Below, piece by piece: positions 1-8,368 of a stretch of DNA of 64,000 nucleotides (position 1 is its first letter; each line of letters starts with the position of its first letter). Under the pieces are notes generated by a model, which had not been told where the DNA came from, made no database searches, and worked only from the letters and a program-made list of their open reading frames with translations. A program made the position numbers and the translations under genes. Origin of the DNA: a phage. The stretch lies in sequence record PZ452610.1; one strand, given 5' to 3'.

Positions 1-1273
1 AATACTCATTTTCTTCTTTCTTAGCTTTAGCTTCTTCTGCTAGTTTACGTGCTTCATCGGAAGTGATATGGAAGATGTTAAGACCTACCAGTTTATCGAC
101 ATGTTCTTTATACATTTCGATTTGTGCTAGCTCTTCAGTCAAAGCTTTACGAGTCTTGCCCTGAATCACGATTTCACCGTTGATAACTTTTTTGATGAAG
201 TGTGCCTTAGCAAAAGCCAGTTTAAATGCTTTTTCAGATTCAAGGATTTTGTTGTCAATACGTTTCTGAACGTAAGTCTTACGGACTTCAACAAAATCTT
301 TGATTAAGTCCACTACGTTATCGTAGACTGCTAATTTACCCTTTTCATTAATCACTGTGATGTTTTGTGAACGACGTTCGATGAGACTAAAATCTTTCAT
401 GATTTTTTCATGACGTAGCTCTTCATCATCAGGAAGCGAGTACTCTTTACGGAACTTCACCTTAAACCCAAAGCCGTGTTCACCACAATCATCTTCCCAT
501 GAGATTAGACCTTTGTCTTCCAACGGGTCAAGAACCTTACTCACATACGTTTCACGGTCGAATTTATATGGGATTTCAGTTATCTGCATTTGAGTGCGAG
601 ATGTGAACTTATATGTTCCGTGAATCTCATAACGCCCATCAACTTCATGTACTTCACCATGGAATTCCGGGAATTCAACTTTTGGCTTAGTGACATTTTT
701 ACCTTGAAGAGCTTGTAATACAGCCTTTTTTACCGATTTAAAACTATGAGGCAGAATATTTGTTGCGTAACCGGTTGCAATACCAGATACACCATTCAAA
801 AGAACTGTCGGAATAATAGGAAGATAGAATTTTGGTGGAACGTGTTCTTTATCTTCATGAGCTGGAGCATATTCAGTATCTTTATATACGTTATAGAAAT
901 TTTTACTTACACGAGCAAAAATATAACGAGATGCTGCAGCTTTTTGGACTGTTCTAGAACCAAAGTTGCCTTGGCCATCTAACAGTGGATAGTTGTTGTT
1001 CCATGTGTTAGCCATCAATGCACCTGCATCTTGTGCAGAAGATTCACCATGGTGATAACCTAAATCTGCAACACCGCCTGCAATTGACGCAAGTTTATGA
1101 AATTTTTCTTTATTACCACGAGCCAAATCTAACGCACGATGGACCACAAAACGTTGAACCGGCTTAAATCCATCAATCATGTTTGGGATTGCACGGTTTT
1201 CAACGGTGTACATCGCATATGCTAAGGCTTCGTTATCAATAATACTTTTTAGATTACGAGAATTCAATTGCAT
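1..1273 (-). CDS. 52: DNA topoisomerase II medium subunit (GyrA-like), partial; C-terminus lies beyond window start
   Basis: Minus-strand ORF runs off position 1 (not in ORF track); ATG at 1271-1273; translation MQLNSRNLKS...AAASRYIFARVS carries GyrA-type active-site Tyr motif. Confidence 0.85.
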   Translation of the reverse strand, partial: MQLNSRNLKSIIDNEALAYAMYTVENRAIPNMIDGFKPVQRFVVHRALDLARGNKEKFHKLASIAGGVADLGYHHGESSAQDAGALMANTWNNNYPLLDGQGNFGSRTVQKAAASRYIFARVSKNFYNVYKDTEYAPAHEDKEHVPPKFYLPIIPTVLLNGVSGIATGYATNILPHSFKSVKKAVLQALQGKNVTKPKVEFPEFHGEVHEVDGRYEIHGTYKFTSRTQMQITEIPYKFDRETYVSKVLDPLEDKGLISWEDDCGEHGFGFKVKFRKEYSLPDDEELRHEKIMKDFSLIERRSQNITVINEKGKLAVYDNVVDLIKDFVEVRKTYVQKRIDNKILESEKAFKLAFAKAHFIKKVINGEIVIQGKTRKALTEELAQIEMYKEHVDKLVGLNIFHITSDEARKLAEEAKAKKEENEY

Positions 1274-1277
1274 ATTT

Positions 1278-1418
1278 TCACCATATTAATGAACGAATAT
1301 CCATTATAACATCTGAAATGAAAAGCACTACTTGGATTAGTCCAAACATCACACCGTAGTACAGAACCGTAAGCAACAACAAGAGCCCGAAGGCTCCTGC
1401 TAAGATTTTCTTAATCAT
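1278..1418 (-). CDS. small hydrophobic protein (46 aa)
   Basis: Sub-threshold ORF MIKKILAGAFGLLLLLTVLYYGVMF...; TAATG overlap with upstream ORF, stop overlaps gene 52 start region. Confidence 0.3.
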   Translation of the reverse strand: MIKKILAGAFGLLLLLTVLYYGVMFGLIQVVLFISDVIMDIRSLIW

Positions 1419-1564
1419 TACTCGCCTTTTAACACGTTAATAAGAGCTAAGACCGCTAAGGTACCTTGTGATACGGCCTGTTGAAATACTGTTGTTTCGC
1501 CTGTAACTAAAGTGTTAACGAATAAAAACGACCAACACAGCAATGCAATAATCCATGCTACCAT
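1418..1564 (-). CDS. small hydrophobic protein (48 aa)
   Basis: Sub-threshold ORF MVAWIIALLCWSFLFVNTLV...; translationally coupled to next small ORF. Confidence 0.3.
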   Translation of the reverse strand: MVAWIIALLCWSFLFVNTLVTGETTVFQQAVSQGTLAVLALINVLKGE

Positions 1565-1617
1565 TTTAATTACCTCAAAAATAAATTAAAGGCCTAACTT
1601 AATAGGGCCTGTATAAA

Positions 1618-2064
1618 TTAGTAACTCTGCAGAATGAATTTGAAATTATCAGCCAGAAGACGGTTCATTTCAGTGAGTGTTTGATATTCTGATGTATGGT
1701 TGCGAGTGAATGCCAGAGCCAATTGACCTTTACCATAACCGGTGGTCAGTGGTTTCATGTTCTTAGCTGCAACAAAGATTACATCATATTCAATATTATT
1801 AGTGCCCATGGTACGGGCTAGTTGCGAACGGCCTTGACGAATGTGAGAAAGAATTGCATCCAACCCTTGTTTAGAACGTTGACGTCCTACAAAGAATCGT
1901 GCTGCTACTTGTCGCCAATCAGATGAACCTTTAACAAAGAAGTAAAAACCTTCACGAGAACGAAACTCTTTAGAAACTTCAGAACCGTATTCGCCATTAC
2001 GAACTACTGCAACAACTTCACCGCCAACTGCCAGAAGGTCTTTACGAGTTAAATATTTGGACAT
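1618..2064 (-). CDS. ndd: nucleoid disruption protein Ndd-like
   Basis: 148 aa; position between rIIB cluster and gene 52 as in T4; C-terminal FTRNH.SEYQTL.EMNR.LADNFKF.LQ.Y resembles T4 Ndd from memory. Confidence 0.5.
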   Translation of the reverse strand: MSKYLTRKDLLAVGGEVVAVVRNGEYGSEVSKEFRSREGFYFFVKGSSDWRQVAARFFVGRQRSKQGLDAILSHIRQGRSQLARTMGTNNIEYDVIFVAAKNMKPLTTGYGKGQLALAFTRNHTSEYQTLTEMNRLLADNFKFILQSY

Positions 2065-2108
2065 GCTAATTTCCTCAATTGATTAATGTTTTTGTAATCC
2101 ATGAGAGC

Positions 2109-2138
2109 ATTATACTCTGCTCTCAAGAGTTTGTACAA
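2109..2138 (-). promoter_or_regulatory. early-type sigma70 promoter cassette
   Basis: Minus strand TTGTACA -35-like and TATAAT -10 with 17-18 bp spacer; -10 in loop of GAGAGC/GCTCTC stem; near-identical copy at 47115-47144. Confidence 0.5.
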
Positions 2139-2140
2139 TT

Positions 2141-2341
2141 TTATTCGGTCATATCAGAACGTTCAAAAAGCTCTTCAACAGTTAAACATTCAGTGTCATC
2201 TTCAATAAAAAATCGAGTCCAACACGTTGGGGCGATACAGTTATGAGTTTGTCCGGCGATAGAAGCTACACGAATAAGCTGCTGACCATTATTCAGAACA
2301 AATTTTTCACCAATTTCAACATCTTTAAAAAGCTTAGCCAT
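2141..2341 (-). CDS. hypothetical protein (66 aa)
   Basis: ORF track; sits between two early-promoter cassettes. Confidence 0.45.
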   Translation of the reverse strand: MAKLFKDVEIGEKFVLNNGQQLIRVASIAGQTHNCIAPTCWTRFFIEDDTECLTVEELFERSDMTE

Positions 2342-2369
2342 TTTGTGTTCCTCATGTTTCAGTAGGACT

Positions 2370-2399
2370 ACTATACCATAATCCTACCTTGTTGTAAAC
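2370..2399 (-). promoter_or_regulatory. early-type promoter
   Basis: Minus strand GTTTAC, 18 bp, TATAGT. Confidence 0.5.
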
Positions 2400-2401
2400 A
2401 A

Positions 2402-2512
2402 TTAAATTACATTAAAATATGTTAAAGCCAACCATGTTCCAGTGAACGAACATGCAATGTAAAAACCCGTATCACAAATTGATCTTAGTACAATAAGAAG
2501 TGCATTTTTCAT
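2402..2512 (-). CDS. small ORF (36 aa)
   Basis: Sub-threshold ORF MKNALLIVLRSICDTGFYIA...; GAGGT RBS; ATGA overlap with upstream small ORF. Confidence 0.25.
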   Translation of the reverse strand: MKNALLIVLRSICDTGFYIACSFTGTWLALTYFNVI

Positions 2513-2595
2513 AAGTACCTCAACACAATTGAAAATATTATACAAATCATTGGGATACTAAGCAACCATATTCCGATCCACATTTTAGAGCTCAT
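2509..2595 (-). CDS. small membrane ORF (28 aa)
   Basis: MSSKMWIGIWLLSIPMICIIFSIVLRYL; ATGA overlaps with both neighbours. Confidence 0.25.
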   Translation of the reverse strand: MSSKMWIGIWLLSIPMICIIFSIVLRYL

Positions 2596-2855
2596 ATCTC
2601 AACTTCCGCGAGTTCCATATATCCTTTGTTGATAACCTCTTTAAGGTCTTTAGAAAGGATAACACTAAAATGGTCGTTCATATGTCCATTAACTAAACGA
2701 GTTATTTCGGCTTCAGATGACATATAAGGCACGTCTGAGTCCCAATGAGATAGACCCAAATGGGTATAAATCATCCCTTCGTCATCTGCAGTGTTGTACA
2801 TTGAAACAAATTCGCCTGTTACTTTATGTTTTGCGTAGAAAAATTTAAATTTCAT
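2592..2855 (-). CDS. hypothetical protein (87 aa)
   Basis: ORF track; downstream of early promoter at 2882-2911. Confidence 0.5.
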   Translation of the reverse strand: MKFKFFYAKHKVTGEFVSMYNTADDEGMIYTHLGLSHWDSDVPYMSSEAEITRLVNGHMNDHFSVILSKDLKEVINKGYMELAEVEI

Positions 2856-2881
2856 GATGTTATCCTCTTTTAGATAGGACT

Positions 2882-2911
2882 ACTATATCATAGTCCTACT
2901 TAGTTGTAAAC
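2882..2911 (-). promoter_or_regulatory. early-type promoter with stem-loop
   Basis: Minus strand GTTTAC, 18 bp, TATAGT; -10 flanked by TAGGACTA/TAGTCCTA inverted repeat. Confidence 0.5.
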
Positions 2912-2923
2912 ACTTTTATGAAA

Positions 2924-3400
2924 TTAAAGATGAAGATACCACCCGTTGTAGTTGCTCTTGCGGACGATTTTCTTTAGGTCTTCATGGTCTCCCACGAACT
3001 TTATAGAATAAGAGAAGACGTCAGGTGAGGTTTCTTTGACATCTAATATAATAATGCAATCTGCGACTCGATGGTTCAAGAAGGGCCCTATGTTGATTCC
3101 GTTGCCACCTGGATAATCACCACCGTATCCTGTGGTAACCGAAATCCATTTCGAATCCATCTGATGGGTCTTTACTTCTACGCGTAGACCACAGTACTTA
3201 GGATGAGCTAAAACGTCCCATGCATACGTGTACGGGTCTTCTACGTCTTCATTACCTTTATTAACATATCCGTCTAGCCAATTTGCTACTACATACTCTG
3301 CAAAGACTGCAACCTTACAACGTCGAACAACGTCTTCTTTTATTTGACCTGGATCTTGTTTCAACGAGTACCGAGCAGTATCAGCGATCTTAACCTTCAT
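2924..3400 (-). CDS. hypothetical protein (158 aa); positional candidate for denB but no motif support
   Basis: ORF track 2924..3544 trimmed to in-frame ATG at 3398-3400 to avoid 128-nt overlap with upstream ORF. Confidence 0.45.
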   Translation of the reverse strand: MKVKIADTARYSLKQDPGQIKEDVVRRCKVAVFAEYVVANWLDGYVNKGNEDVEDPYTYAWDVLAHPKYCGLRVEVKTHQMDSKWISVTTGYGGDYPGGNGINIGPFLNHRVADCIIILDVKETSPDVFSYSIKFVGDHEDLKKIVRKSNYNGWYLHL

Positions 3401-3416
3401 TTCGCTAGTCAAAAAC

Positions 3417-3704
3417 TCATTCGACAGGATAAATGTCGGAAGACTCTTCAGCCTCAACAGTCCCAAGTTCGTCTTTACCATAGATACCTCTAATGTGTAG
3501 TTCGCCAAAATAAATGCGGTCACCTTCTTCAAGATATTCTGCATCTACCGGTGGGATTTCAATAACAACTTCGTCACATTCTAACCAGCCATAGTGTGCA
3601 TCGCCAGGATGTTTTACCAATTTAGCACAATAAACTGATTTACACTTATGATGACCACGAAGATTAGCAATTTTGGATTCTGATACGTCAAATGGATGAA
3701 TCAT
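3417..3704 (-). CDS. Cys/His-rich small protein (95 aa)
   Basis: ORF track trimmed to MIHPFD start with AGGGGT RBS just after the rIIB terminator; HHKCKSVYCAKLVKHPGDAH cluster. Confidence 0.5.
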   Translation of the reverse strand: MIHPFDVSESKIANLRGHHKCKSVYCAKLVKHPGDAHYGWLECDEVVIEIPPVDAEYLEEGDRIYFGELHIRGIYGKDELGTVEAEESSDIYPVE

Positions 3705-3711
3705 AATTACC

Positions 3712-3742
3712 CCTAAAGAAAAAAAAGGGGACCGAAGTCCCC
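3712..3742 (-). terminator. intrinsic terminator after rIIB
   Basis: Minus strand GGGGAC-UUCG-GUCCCC hairpin followed by 8 U. Confidence 0.7.
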
Positions 3743-3747
3743 AATTA

Positions 3748-4695
3748 TTATTCTGCAAATAATTCAGTAACGTCTGAAATTACTTCATAACGACAAGTAC
3801 GCATCTTAGCATCACCATAGTCAACTGGGATGGATACAACATCACGTGGATGAACTTTAACCTTCACAACTTTATCTGAGCTTGAACCAAAGTGGCGAAT
3901 ATAAGATTTAGCACAAACGTGGAGACCGCGAGAACAGGTTTGAGTATCATCGTCGTTAACTCGAGTACGAGGCATTGAAACAACTTTACCTGGGGAGTTA
4001 TCAAATGTACCACTATAGCAGTCTAAATAGTCCTTACGAACTACTTTCCATGCATAGAAATACCCATCTTCAGTGATTTCAATATCGTTTGCAACCAAGA
4101 AGTCGAATAAACGTTGTACAGCTTTTTCGCTTGGGTTTTCTAACAGGTTTTCAAGGAATGGCAGATAGAATTTAAAGTCTTCACCTTTTTCCATGGAATC
4201 AATAATACGGTTAACCAGCCCTGAACGAATCTCTATACCTTGATAAAATAAACTACCACCTTCAATAGTAACATTACCATCAACAAACTTAGTAATAGCT
4301 TTCTTGATGTTAATAAGTTCGACAGCTTTACTAAGGTTTCCTGCGACCAGATTAGCTTTAATTTCTTCAAAATTTGCATGACTTGATGGGGTCGCATTGT
4401 ATGCTACGCGTCCTTCAATAATTGAAATAAATTTAGATGACGCGTTCCATACGATTTCAGGACGATGTCCGCCGATAATAGGTTCATCATTTTCTGGAAC
4501 TTCTTCGATTACATAAGAGGCATCGTTTGCTTCAGGGACAACGCCTTCTGCTTTAAAATTCTTAACAATCTTACGAAGAGTATCTGTTGAAATGTCGAAG
4601 TAATCGGCAATTTCTTTACGAGTCCATTTGCCTGATTCAACCAGGCCGTAAGCTTCTAACTGTTCTTCTTGGGACAAGCATTTGATATTGTACAT
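3748..4695 (-). CDS. rIIB: rIIB protein
   Basis: 315 aa, N-terminus MYNIKCL... and length match T4 rIIB; directly downstream of rIIA. Confidence 0.85.
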   Translation of the reverse strand: MYNIKCLSQEEQLEAYGLVESGKWTRKEIADYFDISTDTLRKIVKNFKAEGVVPEANDASYVIEEVPENDEPIIGGHRPEIVWNASSKFISIIEGRVAYNATPSSHANFEEIKANLVAGNLSKAVELINIKKAITKFVDGNVTIEGGSLFYQGIEIRSGLVNRIIDSMEKGEDFKFYLPFLENLLENPSEKAVQRLFDFLVANDIEITEDGYFYAWKVVRKDYLDCYSGTFDNSPGKVVSMPRTRVNDDDTQTCSRGLHVCAKSYIRHFGSSSDKVVKVKVHPRDVVSIPVDYGDAKMRTCRYEVISDVTELFAE

Positions 4696-4704
4696 AATGT
4701 TTCC

Positions 4705-6918
4705 TTATTTGGCTGCTTCCACAGCCTTCATGAATTTAACGATTTGAGTGACCTGTTCTTTGGAAAGAGTACCACGTCGTCCCATGTATTCTGACACAAT
4801 ATGATAATTGGTTTCAAATTCAATAACCATTTTATCATCATAATCGTAAGCATTATCTTTAAGCTTATCGAAAATTTTAGCACACAATTCTAACTTCCTG
4901 TTCAGGTCTCTGTTATCAGCACCTGCGAATCGATTCCATCCCCAACGATTATTTACTGTTGAAAGTTTTGCAAAATCTTTACTGATTTCTTTGTTCTTAG
5001 AGCTAAAATACTTACTAAGGAAGTTAAGCTCTTCATTACGAGTAATATGATTCAAATAAGGCTGTGCTCTACGACTTGGTGATACATACTCATCATAATC
5101 CACTTTATCAATTAGCGTAATATAGTCATTAATTGATTTTTCGAACAAGCATTCTACTTCACCAAGTTTACGAACTTTCTTAGCAATCTGTGGGCGAACT
5201 ACAGTGAACTCTTTAATACCTGACAAATCGGCAATACGAGTCAAGAAATTAGAATCATAATTCAACCAACCTTTATCTGCGTCAAGACATTCAGCATTAG
5301 AACGATTACGAACTATAGCATAACCTTGGATTTCATCTGCTTCACTTGCCGGAATAAAGAGATCTTCTGATACCCAAACATCATTTTCATTCTTAAAGAA
5401 CCGATGAGCACTTGGGGATTTAGGACGAGGCTCATTAGTTCGTTTCCTGACTTCAATCCATGGCTTAACGATTTGTAAAAGCTCTGAAGTCTTGTACATG
5501 TTAATGTTGTCGCCATCAAAGATAACTTTAAGGCGTTCCAGAAGTTTCATTGCATCTTCGTCTGTAGGGTCAACGAATAGTACGCTTTTACCAAAACCAC
5601 GTGGAACTTTACCAGTTAATTTAACCTCGTCTTTAGACATTTCAATTGAATTAAGAGCTCGCATTAATGGAACGCGTCCCTTAACGTCGTCAATAACAAT
5701 TTCAACGTTTTTAATGTTAATGCCAATCAGGCTGTTAATTGAAATGGTTGATGATGAGCTACCACTTTCACGAATACGACGAAGACGAGGGGATTCAACG
5801 ATATCGTATACGACGCCAAGATTACACCACTCAGGCCCCATTTTAAAACGTTTGTACAACTCAGAATAAGTTAGTTGTTCTTTAGAGTATTTCAGTGATT
5901 CAATATTAGACCCGGCCTTTTCCATGTATTTACGAGCGGTATAGCCAAGAGAATCAATTTCACGGAACACATGACGTGGGTATTTACAATCAATCCATTT
6001 CTTAGAATCTTCAGCAAACAATTTAGCATCGATTTCTGCAACGCGTTTATGGATATTTGCTACTGTACGTTTATCAAATGACAATGCTTCACGAGACGGG
6101 GCTACATCTAGTTCACCCATAGGGAATTTAATATAAGCTGTAGTGCATCGCGTCATCATCCATGTTTGTTCTTTAATAACACTTCCGATTGGATATACAA
6201 TACCGCCATAAACAGCCATGATATTACCACGTTCACCCCATGGAGCTTCCTTGGCTAAATAAACATCATCGAATTCCGGGAAGTATTTGATATCTTTAAC
6301 ACCACGAACTTCTGCAATATCGCCGAGAGGACGCATAACATAAGCAATTTCGGATGCGAACTTTTCAAAATCTTCCGGGTTAACCGGTACAACTACTTCT
6401 ACACCCGTACGGTCATCAGGACCCATCTTATCTACAAAGGTCGGCTTAATTTGTGGACCTGTGTCATCTTGGTAGATTACGTAACCACGAACTTCACCGT
6501 TGTGATAAGACGTAAGGTTAAACGTATCAGTATATGCTAATGGAGCTTTAGAACCGAGTCCGAATCCACCAATGAAATCGTTACTCGATGTTTTAGTTGA
6601 AGCAAAATATGAGTTATAAATTCCTGGCTCTTCGTCATTACCTCGAATGGTGAAATCGCTCATACCAGGTCCAAAATCACGAACTACAAAACGTGGGTCT
6701 AAACGACCTGGAGCCTGAACAATAAACTTATCAGTGCAACCGTTAAGAATTTGTCCATCGATACAGTTTGTAATTAATTCACGTACACAAGCCAATTCTT
6801 TGTTTGTATAAAGGTCATTAGACAAAATCTTATAAACTTTGCTATTGCCTTGAATAGTGAATGCTGTGCTCTTACCGCCTGAACCAATAATCGTTTCTTT
6901 AGCCGTTTCAATAATCAT
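4705..6918 (-). CDS. rIIA: rIIA protein (GHKL-type ATPase domain)
   Basis: 737 aa; MIIETAKETI... N-terminus and ELITNCIDG N-box-like motif as in T4 rIIA. Confidence 0.85.
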   Translation of the reverse strand: MIIETAKETIIGSGGKSTAFTIQGNSKVYKILSNDLYTNKELACVRELITNCIDGQILNGCTDKFIVQAPGRLDPRFVVRDFGPGMSDFTIRGNDEEPGIYNSYFASTKTSSNDFIGGFGLGSKAPLAYTDTFNLTSYHNGEVRGYVIYQDDTGPQIKPTFVDKMGPDDRTGVEVVVPVNPEDFEKFASEIAYVMRPLGDIAEVRGVKDIKYFPEFDDVYLAKEAPWGERGNIMAVYGGIVYPIGSVIKEQTWMMTRCTTAYIKFPMGELDVAPSREALSFDKRTVANIHKRVAEIDAKLFAEDSKKWIDCKYPRHVFREIDSLGYTARKYMEKAGSNIESLKYSKEQLTYSELYKRFKMGPEWCNLGVVYDIVESPRLRRIRESGSSSSTISINSLIGINIKNVEIVIDDVKGRVPLMRALNSIEMSKDEVKLTGKVPRGFGKSVLFVDPTDEDAMKLLERLKVIFDGDNINMYKTSELLQIVKPWIEVRKRTNEPRPKSPSAHRFFKNENDVWVSEDLFIPASEADEIQGYAIVRNRSNAECLDADKGWLNYDSNFLTRIADLSGIKEFTVVRPQIAKKVRKLGEVECLFEKSINDYITLIDKVDYDEYVSPSRRAQPYLNHITRNEELNFLSKYFSSKNKEISKDFAKLSTVNNRWGWNRFAGADNRDLNRKLELCAKIFDKLKDNAYDYDDKMVIEFETNYHIVSEYMGRRGTLSKEQVTQIVKFMKAVEAAK

Positions 6919-6930
6919 ATTTTTCTCTCA

Positions 6931-7131
6931 TCACAAGTTACGTTTAAAAATTTCTGCTACTTCAAGAAGTTCTTCTTTAGTAGCTGTATCGGTTTGTATT
7001 TTATATCGAATTTCTTTAAAGCGTTCTTTAAAGGACTCTGCTGACTCGATATCAAAAAATCTTTGGATAAGCCGGAATTCCCGGAGCACTGCTTTATCAA
7101 AAAGTTCCAAGTCCACGTTATATGTTCTCAT
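6931..7131 (-). CDS. hypothetical protein (66 aa), rIIA.1 position
   Basis: ORF track; immediately upstream of rIIA. Confidence 0.5.
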   Translation of the reverse strand: MRTYNVDLELFDKAVLREFRLIQRFFDIESAESFKERFKEIRYKIQTDTATKEELLEVAEIFKRNL

Positions 7132-7154
7132 AATATTCTCTTCAGTAGATTCCT

Positions 7155-7206
7155 AGGGCACTATTACTAAAGACCATATAATCTATCATCTTATGTGTAA
7201 TAGTGC
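7155..7206. repeat. inverted repeat (11-bp arms, 29-nt spacer) between GT gene and rIIA.1
   Basis: GGGCACTATTAC ... GTAATAGTGCC; spacer contains TATAAT-like text. Confidence 0.4.
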
Positions 7207-7223
7207 CTCAGGCGATTCAGGAT

Positions 7224-8324
7224 TTACGCTGTGAAGATTTTATCCCACATCGCAACAACTGCATCTCGGTTATACTTCTTCCATACTGCTTCAGCACGTT
7301 TAACTCGAGCTTCGTATGTGTCAGTGAATTCTAATACAGCTTTTGTGTAAAGCGCAACTACTTCTTTCTTAGGAGTAGAGGAATCAATTTCTACACGCAC
7401 AGTATCTGGGTCGTATTCGAATGTCGCATGAGGATAATCCTTAAAAACTAACTGGATTACAGGGACACCTTTAGAGATGGCTTCAATAGAACTATTCTCT
7501 ACCGTACCTGTGTCAGGACACGTATTAATAAGTGCTTTAGCTGTTTTAAGACGTTCCATAATTTCACTGTGTGGAGCATCAATAATAACAGGATATTTAG
7601 CTGGTGGTGCCCATTTACTAGGACAGTATCCTGCACCATTTTCGCCTAGTGCTTTAATCGCTTCAAGAGCAACATCAGTACGACGCATTTTAGTGTCATA
7701 ACGTTGTGCACTAATAATCAGATCAGTCGCCGGAAGAACTTCAGGTTTCTCATTCAAACAAATAACCGGATAATCTTCGGCTTCAAACAACGGATTTGCT
7801 CGCCAATAATCATAATCAATTTTGTCAGTCAGACCTGAAGTCATATAACAATATTTACGTTCAAATTCACGGAAGGCTTTAGTAGGAGCATAACTCTTAC
7901 CACCATTCTTATGAATTTGAATAGTCTGGTCCCAAATTTGAACAATGCCACGAGATACCGGTTCAAACGGTGTTGCCATAAAATTCTTATGAACTTTAGA
8001 GAGACCTGCGTCTTTAATTGCCTGAACGGTTAGTTTAGTCGGTTCCATAGTAACAACGAAATCGTATTCATGGATGCCGGCTAGTTCAACAATCTTACGA
8101 GCCATAGTATAACTCATACCTAGACTGAATTTAGTCAGATGACCAACAGGATGATGATTAACCTTCCAATCACCAAATGTGTCATTATCAAAACCAATAT
8201 AATCAATATCGGCACCGATAGAAACTAAATATTTCAACACATTTAAATGTACTGCTTCAAGACCACCTTGTACACGGTCAGGATTAAATGGGACTGCACG
8301 AGATGGGATAAACATAACTTTCAT
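7224..8324 (-). CDS. putative GT-B fold glycosyltransferase (candidate DNA glycosyltransferase)
   Basis: 366 aa; C-terminal TGTVENSSIEAISKGVPVI resembles the GT4/GT-B donor-binding motif; sits where T4 has gene 60/mobA. Confidence 0.5.
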   Translation of the reverse strand: MKVMFIPSRAVPFNPDRVQGGLEAVHLNVLKYLVSIGADIDYIGFDNDTFGDWKVNHHPVGHLTKFSLGMSYTMARKIVELAGIHEYDFVVTMEPTKLTVQAIKDAGLSKVHKNFMATPFEPVSRGIVQIWDQTIQIHKNGGKSYAPTKAFREFERKYCYMTSGLTDKIDYDYWRANPLFEAEDYPVICLNEKPEVLPATDLIISAQRYDTKMRRTDVALEAIKALGENGAGYCPSKWAPPAKYPVIIDAPHSEIMERLKTAKALINTCPDTGTVENSSIEAISKGVPVIQLVFKDYPHATFEYDPDTVRVEIDSSTPKKEVVALYTKAVLEFTDTYEARVKRAEAVWKKYNRDAVVAMWDKIFTA

Positions 8325-8337
8325 AATTAAGCCTTAT

Positions 8338-8368
8338 TAAAATTAAAATGAAGCTCCCAAAGGAGCTT
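8338..8368 (-). terminator. hairpin plus U-rich tract after gene 39
   Basis: AAGCTCC/GGAGCTT 7-bp stem overlapping gene 39 stop, then cauuuuaauuuu. Confidence 0.4.

Noticed and set aside
1386-1399. GAGCC-CGAA-GGCTC hairpin
   Set aside because: Lies inside a small ORF coding sequence with no U-run; probably coincidental
2924-3544. Full 206-aa version of the ORF
   Set aside because: N-terminal 48 codons overlap the upstream 95-aa ORF by 128 nt; the in-frame ATG at 3398-3400 gives a non-overlapping 158-aa protein
5492-5869. Plus-strand 125-aa ORF
   Set aside because: Lies entirely antisense within rIIA; low-complexity Ser/Leu/Arg-rich translation; no RBS
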